Part shown: piece after piece, positions 40,612 to 48,188 of the stretch | Position numbering within the stretch: position 1 is the first letter of the stretch | How the letters are laid out: the number at the start of each line of letters is the position of its first letter | Origin: Vicinamibacterales bacterium | Lineage (GTDB): Bacteria > Acidobacteriota > Vicinamibacteria > Vicinamibacterales > UBA8438 | Length of the DNA stretch: 64,000 nt | Reading direction: 5' to 3' | Assembly (NCBI GenBank): GCA_965246995.1 | Contig: OZ252008.1 | Span: forward strand, 947,986-1,011,985 | Translations under genes and position numbers: made by a program | Notes under the pieces: model-generated | Seen by the model: only the letters and a program-made list of their open reading frames with translations | Told to the model about the DNA's origin: nothing | Databases searched by the model: none

Positions 40612-42858
40612 GTGAGAGAAGTGGGGACCACGGCAACAGGCGACCTGACGACCGAGCAACTCGACTTTCGGGTCGAAGGACTCGACTGCACCGAGGAAGC
40701 GAAGCTGATCCGGCGCGAGCTCAAGGGCCGTGCCGGCATTTGCGACATCTCGTTCCACATCATCGAGGGACGGATGACGGTGGATGTCGACCGGTCGCTC
40801 TGCGGTCCCGATGAGGTGACCGCGGCGGTCGAACGGGTCGGCATGAAGGCACACCGCTGGACGCCGGAAGCCGGCGACACTGTGACGCCGTCGGCCGCCT
40901 CGTTCTGGGAGATGTACGCCCGCCATGTGCTGGTCAGCATCAGCGGCGTGGCACTCGTCGGCGCGCTCGCGTGGCACGGACTGGAGACCGGGAGGGTTAC
41001 GGCGGCGCTGCTCGCGCACGACCACGGCGGCGCGGGCCTGGAGCCCGCCGTCCTCGCGCTCTTCCTCGTTGCGATCGTCTCCGGATTGTTCCATTCCACC
41101 CCCGCCGCAGTCCGTTCGCTCGCCCGGCTTCGCCCCGACATGAACGCCCTCGTGCTCGTCTCGGTAGTGGGCGCCGTCACGCTGGAAGAGTGGGCGGAAG
41201 CGGGAACCCTGGCTTTCCTGTACGGCCTGTCCGGCCTCATCGAGAACTGGAACGCGTTGCGCGCGCGGAAGGCCATCGGGTCGCTCATCCGGATATCGCC
41301 CGCGACCGCGTCGGTAATCCATGGCGAGCACGAACACCGCATGACGGTCGACCGCGTGGAGGTCGGCGCGCACGTCCGGGTCCGGCCGGGCGAACGGATC
41401 CCCTGCGACGGTGTGGTTACCGCCGGCAGTTCGTACGTCGATCAGGCACTCGTGACTGGCGAGTCGGCGCCAGCCTGGAAAACGGCGGGCGATCCGGTGT
41501 TCGCGGGCACCGTGAACGGGCACGGCGTGGTCGACTTGCGTACGACGCGGCCGGCGTCCGATACGACGCTCGCGCGGATCATCCGGATGGTGGGCGAGAG
41601 TCACCACCACCGGGCGCAGTCGGAGCGGTTCATCGACACGTTCGCGCGGTACTACACGCCGCTGACGTTCGTCGTCGCGGCAGGGGTCGGCTGCGTTCCG
41701 CCGCTGCTATTCGGCGGCGCCTGGGACTTCTGGTTCTACCAGGCGATGCTGATCCTGCTGATTTCCTGCCCGTGCGGCCTGGCGATTTCGACACCAGTCA
41801 CCATTGCGGCCGGCCTCTCGGCGGCAGCACGGCGCGGCGTGCTGATCAAGGGGGGAATCCACCTTGAATCGCTCGCTCGCGTCCGCGCCTTTGCCTTCGA
41901 CAAGACCGGTGTCGTGACACAGGGCGCCCCCGAGGTGCGCGAACACCGACCGGTCGGCGGGCGGACCGAGGAGGAAGTGCTGTCTCGTCTGCTCGCCATC
42001 GAGTCGCGGAGCGAGCACCCGCTTTCGCGTGCCATCGTCCGTTACGCGCACGAGCGTGGCGTGGAACCGCCGGAACTGAGCGACTTCGAGGCAATCGAGG
42101 GCCGCGGCGCCGAAGCGACGGTTGACGGTGAGGCCTTCTGGGTCGGCAGCGTCCGGTTTGCCCGCGAGAAGCTGGGACCCGACCGTCTCCCGCGCGAGTT
42201 GACGGAACTGCCTGCCGCCGACCGGACCGTGGTCGTCTGCGGCACGGGCGACGACGCCTGGTCGGTGGTGACGATTTCGGACCCGGTCCGTCCCGAAGCA
42301 GCCTGGACGATGGCACGCCTCGGCGAGCAGGGAATCCGCCCGGTACTCCTTACCGGCGATAACACGGTGACCGCCCGGAGCGTCGCCGAGCGCGTCGGGT
42401 TGGAGGATGTTCGCGCCGAGCTGCTGCCGGAAGAGAAGGCATCCGCCATCGCTGAACTGGGTGGCCAATACGGCACCACCGCGATGGCGGGGGACGGCAT
42501 CAACGACAGCCCGGCGCTGGTCGCTTCCACCGTCGGCATCGCCATGGGCGACAATGCGACCGATCTGGCCGTCGAATCAGCCGATGTCGTGCTGATGCGC
42601 CACGACCTGCGTTTGCTCCCGTTTCTCGTCGATCACGCCCGCCGCGCGCGCAACCGCATCATCGAGAACATCGCCCTGGCGTTGGGCGCCAAGGCGCTTT
42701 TCCTGATCGTCATGGCCCTCGGCGCCGCCACGTTGTGGATGGCTGTCGCCGCCGACATGGGCGCCTCGCTGCTGGTCACTTTCAACGGGCTCCGCATGCT
42801 GCGTCAGCCACCCACCGACGGCAGCGCCCCCGCCGACCTCGCCCCGCAGGACGCGTAG
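40612..42858 (+). CDS. P1B-type heavy-metal ATPase (Zn/Cd/Pb-like)
   Basis: ORF 40270..42858 trimmed to GTG 40612 (or 40621), after the divergent gene. Motifs are TGES (LVTGESAP), CPC (ISCPCGLAIS), DKTGV, SEHPL, GDGINDSPAL and the TM8-like ADMGASLLVTFNGLR, which resembles ZntA. Confidence 0.9.
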   Translation: MREVGTTATGDLTTEQLDFRVEGLDCTEEAKLIRRELKGRAGICDISFHIIEGRMTVDVDRSLCGPDEVTAAVERVGMKAHRWTPEAGDTVTPSAASFWEMYARHVLVSISGVALVGALAWHGLETGRVTAALLAHDHGGAGLEPAVLALFLVAIVSGLFHSTPAAVRSLARLRPDMNALVLVSVVGAVTLEEWAEAGTLAFLYGLSGLIENWNALRARKAIGSLIRISPATASVIHGEHEHRMTVDRVEVGAHVRVRPGERIPCDGVVTAGSSYVDQALVTGESAPAWKTAGDPVFAGTVNGHGVVDLRTTRPASDTTLARIIRMVGESHHHRAQSERFIDTFARYYTPLTFVVAAGVGCVPPLLFGGAWDFWFYQAMLILLISCPCGLAISTPVTIAAGLSAAARRGVLIKGGIHLESLARVRAFAFDKTGVVTQGAPEVREHRPVGGRTEEEVLSRLLAIESRSEHPLSRAIVRYAHERGVEPPELSDFEAIEGRGAEATVDGEAFWVGSVRFAREKLGPDRLPRELTELPAADRTVVVCGTGDDAWSVVTISDPVRPEAAWTMARLGEQGIRPVLLTGDNTVTARSVAERVGLEDVRAELLPEEKASAIAELGGQYGTTAMAGDGINDSPALVASTVGIAMGDNATDLAVESADVVLMRHDLRLLPFLVDHARRARNRIIENIALALGAKALFLIVMALGAATLWMAVAADMGASLLVTFNGLRMLRQPPTDGSAPADLAPQDA

Positions 42859-42879
42859 CATGGCAGACGGGGATCGGTC

Positions 42880-43304
42880 AGCGGGTGGCCGAGGTGAATG
42901 TCGTGGGATTGAGTCTTCACGACCTCGGTGCAACGCTCCCGGCCTGGATTTATAGGTGCGCCACCGCTCGAGGCGCCGGTTCTCCTCCCGCACCGCCACC
43001 GCCCGCTCGAACCGCTTTGTCGTCTCGCCTCGAGCAGCCATGCGTAGGCCACCCGGCCCAGGTGCACACCGGGGTCCAGCTCCGCCGCCCTAGCCAGGTC
43101 GCCGCGCTCAAGCGCCTCGCGGTGCTGCTCGGTCAGCGACCGGCGATCTATTCGTTCCGGGCTCCCAGCGCGGCCGAGGTCGCCGCCGACAAGTTCCGCT
43201 GTGGCCTCGACAGGTTCCTTTGAACGAAACCGAGATCGGGAGCTGTTCGGAATGGAGCCGCGGTGAGTCAACGCTGAACCGGGGTACGTGTAAGCACCGG
43301 TCAC
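42880..43304 (-). pseudogene. decayed ORF of unknown family (frame changes at ~43040)
   Basis: Third-position G/C follows one minus frame (..ERIDRRSLTEQHREALERGDLARAAELDPGVHLGRVAYAW). It then switches to another frame (ARGETTKRFERAVAVREENRRLERW). There is no clean start or stop. Confidence 0.3.
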
Positions 43305-43315
43305 GGGCGCCCTAG
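43302..43315. repeat. degenerate terminus-like motif (CACGGGCGCCCTAG)
   Basis: It resembles the element end CACGGGCTCCTAG and the 8298..8345 variant CACGGGCGGTTAG. It lies in noncoding wreckage. Confidence 0.3.
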
Positions 43316-43356
43316 CAAGGTGCCGGAGCTTGCGCTTTGTGCGTGGGCGGAATTGC

Positions 43357-43450
43357 CGACATTTCTACAAACGTCAAGTCCCGACCAGACCCCGGTCAAT
43401 CCGAACATCTAGCGGTCAGTGCGAGCTGCAGCGCCGCAACATCTAGCCGG
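43357..43450 (+). repeat. three direct iterons (CGACATTTCTAC / GAACATCTAGCGG / CAACATCTAGCCGG) in a low-GC noncoding patch
   Basis: The copies lie at 43357-43370, 43403-43415 and 43436-43450. A possible inverted fourth copy (TTAGATTTGT) lies at 43495-43504. Confidence 0.5.
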
Positions 43451-43689
43451 TTTCTACCCCGCGTCCGGAGTTTCGGCGCGGCGTACCGCCGGTCGTTAGA
43501 TTTGTGCCGCTATGCCCCCCACCGAGGACGGCACGTCCTTGACGCGGGCCCGTCCAGGCCGATCACCGCCGGGGCATTGCTCGGCCGGAAACTGTAGCCG
43601 CAAAGGGACCTGTCGCACGCTACTCTGTGAACGGCACGCCCGCTGTGCGTCACGTGCGCATCCCGTGTGCTACGGCTCGTCGCAGCGCG

Positions 43690-43914
43690 GAACTCTACAC
43701 GCGAAAGGCTCCGAAACCAGTTGACGAAGGGGCGTGACAGCGGGCTCGCGGGGTCCAGGAATCGATGTCTTACGGCTTCGTGCAGCCGAGCACCCGGTTC
43801 GTCCTGCCACGCGAGCCACGTGTAAATCTCTGCCTTCCTCTCGTGGACATCCCTGAATGGAGCCCCTTGGCGTCTGGACTCGGCAACACAATTTCGGGCC
43901 AGTTCGTACAGAGC
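43690..43914 (-). pseudogene. C-terminal fragment of an unidentified protein
   Basis: The protein-like block is ALYELARNCVAESRRQGAPFRDVHERKAEIYTWLAWQDEPGARLHEAVRHRFLDPASPLSRPFVNWF, with no N-terminal partner. The KAEIYTWLAWQ.EPG motif reminds me of DUF3226-type proteins, but this is unverified. Confidence 0.4.
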
Positions 43915-43919
43915 GCGGG

Positions 43920-44168
43920 GCCGCGCCGTCGGGGCGGAAGGTTCTCGACCGGCTTCCCGTCTATCCGGACGGCGCCGGATGTTGGCGTCTCGAAGCCGGC
44001 CAGCATCATCAGGCACGTGGTCTTGCCGGAACCGGATGGGCCGAGCAGTGTCAGAAACTCGCCCTTGCGCACGGAGAGGAGGTCGCGCACAACGAGCGTC
44101 CGCCCGTCGAAGCTCCTGCTGACCTGATCGAACTCGACGTACTCCGGTTCGTGGCCTGCTGCTGTCAT
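43920..44168 (-). pseudogene. ABC-transporter ATPase, N-terminal ~83 codons only
   Basis: The sequence is MTAAGHEPEYVEFDQVSRSFDGRTLVVRDLLSVRKGEFLTLLGPSGSGKTTCLMMLAGFETPTSGAVRIDGKPVENLPP. It has Walker A and is PotA-like, then breaks. There is no Q-loop, signature motif or Walker B. Confidence 0.7.
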
Positions 44169-44566
44169 GCGTCGAGAATCGTCACGTCCAGATCCGCAAT
44201 TTGCCGGAAGTGCTGATCGAAGGTCAGGAGATGACCGCTGCATTCCAGCGTTGCCGCCGCAATCCAGACGTCGTTGATTGGGATCGGCGTGCCCGCACGG
44301 CGCAACGCCGCAGCGATGCGCCCATAGTGACGCGCCGTCTTGCGTGTCACTGCCATGATGCTCACGAACGGTTCGTCGAGAAAGTCCGCCAGAACCTGCT
44401 GATTCTCGCGTGCGCGTTGTCCCAGCGCGAACCCCGCTTCCAGTTCACCCAGCACAGGAACCGGTACGACGACGACGCTGGCCTGCGCAATGAGGTCCAG
44501 CGCGGCGTCATGTCCTGCCCGGAAGTGCGAGTACGCGCTCGTGTCCAGAACGAGCCGATCGGTCAG
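44165..44566 (-). CDS. vapC: PIN-domain toxin VapC (non-canonical CTG start)
   Basis: The track only calls 44165..44455. The frame stays open upstream and encodes LTDRLVLDTSAYSHFRAGHDAALDLIAQASVVVVPVPVLGELEAGF..., a full PIN N-terminus with the first Asp. No ATG, GTG or TTG is available. A CTG at 44566 overlaps the vapB stop (CTGA). Confidence 0.7.
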   Translation of the reverse strand: MTDRLVLDTSAYSHFRAGHDAALDLIAQASVVVVPVPVLGELEAGFALGQRARENQQVLADFLDEPFVSIMAVTRKTARHYGRIAAALRRAGTPIPINDVWIAAATLECSGHLLTFDQHFRQIADLDVTILDA

Positions 44567-44814
44567 TGGTTCCCCCAGTCCCTCTCGTCGACCACCCGTT
44601 GTTCGTTCAGTAGCGCATTGAACCGCCGCAGGTCGTCCGGCGTCCAGGTGACGTACCGATGAAGCCGTTCCCGGCGTGCATCCACCCCGACCGCCTGCCG
44701 GAGAAGCGCCAGAACGGTGCTGTTCAAGCTCTCTCCCCGCTCGGCGCTGATGGCTCGCAGCCGCTTCGAGAGTGCCGCATCGACATTGCGCAGGGTCAGT
44801 TGTGCAGATGGCAT
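44563..44814 (-). CDS. vapB: ribbon-helix-helix antitoxin VapB-like
   Basis: 83 aa. The N-terminus MPSAQLTLRNVDAALSKRLRAISAERGESLNSTVLALLRQAVG is an RHH (FitA/Arc-like) pattern. It sits immediately upstream of the PIN gene. Confidence 0.7.
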   Translation of the reverse strand: MPSAQLTLRNVDAALSKRLRAISAERGESLNSTVLALLRQAVGVDARRERLHRYVTWTPDDLRRFNALLNEQRVVDERDWGNH

Positions 44815-44850
44815 GACAGCATGACTCTACTGACGTGGTGTCATGCTGTC
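44815..44850. promoter_or_regulatory. perfect 11-bp inverted repeat abutting the vapB start codon (candidate operator / 5' hairpin)
   Basis: GACAGCATGAC (44815-44825) and GTCATGCTGTC (44840-44850) are separated by 14 nt. The vapB ATG is at 44814-44812. Confidence 0.5.
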
Positions 44851-44890
44851 AATTGTCGCGGACGTGGCGCGTGCGCGAACACATCGTCCG

Positions 44891-47800
44891 TCAGCGCCGT
44901 GCGGTAGCGAGACAAACGGCAGGAACAACCAACATGTTGAGTGCGGTGGAGGTAACCAGACCGGCAACGATCACGAGGGCCAGCGGAGCCTGAATCTCAC
45001 TGCCAGGCTGACCGGCAGCGAGGGCCACCGGAGTGAGGGCGAGACCGGTCGACACCGCGGTCATCAGCATCGGAATCAGGCGGTCGACCGATCCTCGGAT
45101 CACGGCCGCTTCCGGGTCGCCACCCGCCTGCTGCTGCCGCCGGATGTGCGCCACCAGCATGATGCCGTTGCGCGAGGCGATACCGAATAGCGCAATGAAG
45201 CCGATGAGTGAAGCGATCGAGAGAATGCCATCGCCCAGGAAGACCCCCGCAACGCCGCCGATCAGCGCGAGCGGCAGGTTGATCATCACAATCGCCGCGT
45301 CGCGCACCGATCCGAACGCCGTGGCGAGCAGCAGGAAAATGCCCGCGACGGCGGCGAGACCGAAGCCGATCAGCAGCCGCGACGCCGCCTGTTCCGCCTC
45401 GAACTGCCCGCCGTAATCGACGCGGTAGCCGGGTGGCAGTGAGACGTCGCCGTCCACGCGCGTGCGGACATCGGCGACTACGCTGCCGAGGTCGCGGCCG
45501 GCGGTGTTCGCGGTGACGACGATTCGCCGCTCGCCGTTCTCACGTCCGATAACGTTTGGCGATCGGTCCTCGACGACTTCCGCCAGGCTGCCGAGCGGGA
45601 CGCGCGCACCCGTCGGAACATCGAACCAGGTCTGTCCTACCTGCTCGAGGTCGGCCAGGTCCGGCCGCGCGTGGCGCAGGACAAGGGGCACCAGCACCGG
45701 ACCCTCGACAATCTGTCCTACCTGCCGGCCGAGCAGCGCGGTCTCGAGCATCGCGGCTGCCTCGCCCGCCGGCAGTCCATGCCGTGCGAGAGCGCTCCGG
45801 TCAAAGCCGACGCGCACCGTCGGAATGTCCGCCTGCGGCTCGACCGCGACATCGACCAGGCCATCGATCCCCGTCATCGCGGCCGCCGCGTCGCGGCCCA
45901 AGGCACGCAGTACCGGGAGATCACGGCCGAAGATCTGCACCGCGATATTGGCGCGCGAACCGGACAGCATGTGATCGATCCGGTGCGAGATCGGCTGGCC
46001 GAGCGTGATGTTCGTGCCCGGAACCAGCGACAGCCGCTCGCGGATCTCCGCCAGTACCGTCTCCCGCGGGCGGCCGCCGGGTGTCAACCGCACATCGATC
46101 TCGGCGGACTCGACGCCCTGGACATGCTCGTCCAGCTCCGCGCGGCCGGTCCGGCGGGATGTCGCTTCCACCTCGGGCACATCGAGCAGCAACCGCTCGA
46201 TGGCACGGCCCAGCGCGTCCGACTCTGCCAGGCTGGTGCCGGGCAGCGTCACGGCACTCACCACCAGCGCACCCTCGTTGAACGGCGGCAGGAAGGCGCG
46301 TCCCATCCGTGGCACGGTGGTCAGGGCGGCGACGAACAGGAGCAACGCCGCGCCGACCACCCACGCGGGCCGACGGACGAAGAACGGCAATATCGCGCGG
46401 TAACCCCGCTTCAGCGTTGCCGCGAGGACCGGCTCCCGCCCATCGCGGATCCCGCTCGCGCGCGGCAGCAGGTACGCCGCGAGCGCCGGTGTGACGGTCA
46501 GCGCCACGACGAGCGACGTGCCGAGCGCAATCAGGTAGGCAACACCAAGCGGTTGCAGCAGACGTCCCTCGACGCCGGAGAGAAAAAAGAGCGGCACGAA
46601 CACCAGCATGACGATGACGGTCGCGAAGACGATGGAGCGTCGGATCTCGCGGCTCGCATCGATCACGACATCGAGCGTCGGCCGACGCGAGCGCTCCGGC
46701 AACCGCCCGTTCTCGCGGAGCCGGCGCGTAACATTCTCGACATCGACTATCGCATCGTCCACCAGGGCCCCGACCGCGATCGTCAACCCGCCGAGGGTCA
46801 TGCTGTTGATCGACAGACCCGCCGCACTCAGGCCCATAACTGCGGCCAGTAGCGACAGCGGGATCGCCAGCAGCGTGATCGCGCCCGCACGCGCGCTGGC
46901 AAGGAAGATCAACGTGACGGCAATCACGAGCAACATGCCGTCGCGCAACGCCGCATTCAGGTTGTTCAGCGCCAGTTCGATGAAGTCCGCCTGGCGGAAG
47001 AGACGCGTGGAGAGCTGCATGCCGGACGGCAGTTCCTGCGCCAACTCGTCGAGGACACTATCCAACTCGCCCGTCAGCGTCAGCGTGTTGACCTCCGGCT
47101 GGCGGTGGATGCCGAGAATCACCGCCGGACGGCCGTTGTGCGATCCTTCGCCGCGCTTCAGCGACTCGCCAACCTGCAGCCGGGCAACATCGCGGACGCG
47201 GATCGGCCGCATGTCGCGGGTGGCGACCACCGTCGCGCCGATACCGTCGATCCCGGTGACACGTCCGGATCCCCGGATCAGATACTCCTGGCCACCGGCA
47301 AGACGGAATCCGGCCGAGGTGTTCCGGCTGGCGCCGCGGAGAGCCGTTTCGACCGCGCTGAGCGGGACGCCGTAGGCGGCCAGACGGTCAGGCTCTACCA
47401 GCACCTCGTACTGCCGCCGTTCGCCGCCGATGACTGTCACCTGCGAGACGCCGGGAGTTGCCAGCAACCGACGGCGGACCACCACCTCCGCCGTCGTCCG
47501 GAGCTCGAGCGGCGTGGGCGCGGGCAGACCCGATGCCTCGGCCACGTCGGCCGACGGCTCGAGGGCCACGAACATGATCTCGCCCATGATCGAGGAAAGG
47601 GGCGCCAGTACCGGTGGCTCCACCGCATCCGGCAGGCTGGCTGCGACCATGCTCAGTTTCTCGGTCACCGTCTGGCGGGCGCGGTACGGATCGGCGCCCC
47701 AATCGAAGTCGGCCCAGATCACCGCAATCCCGACCGCGGTAGCGGAGCGGATCCGCCGCACGCCGGAGGAGCCGTTGAGCGCCGATTCGATCGGAATGGT

Positions 47801-47995
47801 GACGAGCGCCTCCATGTCGGACGGCGCCATGCCGTGGCCTTCGACAAGCACGGTGACGGTGGGCGCGGTCAGGTCGGGCAGGACGTCGACCGGCATGCGC
47901 ACGGCAACGACAGCCCCCCAGGCGAGGCCGATAGCAGCAACGGCGGCCACGACGAGGCGATTGCGGACCGACCAGGCGATGAGTGCGTCGAGCAT
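44891..47995 (-). CDS. czcA: CusA/CzcA-family heavy-metal efflux RND pump
   Basis: 1034 aa with a typical HME-RND N-terminus (MLDALIAWSVRNRLVV) and 12-TM layout. Confidence 0.95.
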   Translation of the reverse strand: MLDALIAWSVRNRLVVAAVAAIGLAWGAVVAVRMPVDVLPDLTAPTVTVLVEGHGMAPSDMEALVTIPIESALNGSSGVRRIRSATAVGIAVIWADFDWGADPYRARQTVTEKLSMVAASLPDAVEPPVLAPLSSIMGEIMFVALEPSADVAEASGLPAPTPLELRTTAEVVVRRRLLATPGVSQVTVIGGERRQYEVLVEPDRLAAYGVPLSAVETALRGASRNTSAGFRLAGGQEYLIRGSGRVTGIDGIGATVVATRDMRPIRVRDVARLQVGESLKRGEGSHNGRPAVILGIHRQPEVNTLTLTGELDSVLDELAQELPSGMQLSTRLFRQADFIELALNNLNAALRDGMLLVIAVTLIFLASARAGAITLLAIPLSLLAAVMGLSAAGLSINSMTLGGLTIAVGALVDDAIVDVENVTRRLRENGRLPERSRRPTLDVVIDASREIRRSIVFATVIVMLVFVPLFFLSGVEGRLLQPLGVAYLIALGTSLVVALTVTPALAAYLLPRASGIRDGREPVLAATLKRGYRAILPFFVRRPAWVVGAALLLFVAALTTVPRMGRAFLPPFNEGALVVSAVTLPGTSLAESDALGRAIERLLLDVPEVEATSRRTGRAELDEHVQGVESAEIDVRLTPGGRPRETVLAEIRERLSLVPGTNITLGQPISHRIDHMLSGSRANIAVQIFGRDLPVLRALGRDAAAAMTGIDGLVDVAVEPQADIPTVRVGFDRSALARHGLPAGEAAAMLETALLGRQVGQIVEGPVLVPLVLRHARPDLADLEQVGQTWFDVPTGARVPLGSLAEVVEDRSPNVIGRENGERRIVVTANTAGRDLGSVVADVRTRVDGDVSLPPGYRVDYGGQFEAEQAASRLLIGFGLAAVAGIFLLLATAFGSVRDAAIVMINLPLALIGGVAGVFLGDGILSIASLIGFIALFGIASRNGIMLVAHIRRQQQAGGDPEAAVIRGSVDRLIPMLMTAVSTGLALTPVALAAGQPGSEIQAPLALVIVAGLVTSTALNMLVVPAVCLATARR

Positions 47996-48004
47996 CTCTC
48001 GCTG

Positions 48005-48188
48005 CTAGGAGCCCGTGGTGAAACCCCCGCTACATTCGAGCGGCGATGCATCCCGCCTGAACGGCGTTGCTCCTCGGACTGCGCCAGTCCGCGGTCTCAA
48101 TATGGCCAATATGCTCCCTCGTCGCGCCTTGTCAGCCGGGCGCCTCGCCGCTCTCGCTGCTACGCGGGGTTTCACCACGGGCTCCTAG
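48005..48188 (+). mobile_element. 184-bp inverted-repeat element, copy 2 (MITE-like), CTAG on both sides
   Basis: See copy 1. It runs from CTAG at 48005-48008 to CTAG at 48185-48188. It lies between czcB and czcA. Confidence 0.8.

Noticed and set aside
43339-43351. The idea that GTGGGCGGA marks a bona fide Tn7-like transposon end.
   Set aside because: This is kept only as a hypothesis in the findings. A 9-mer match is roughly what chance allows in 128 kb of two-strand sequence. The base before it is C, not the T of the TGT terminus. No tns or tni genes are in the window.
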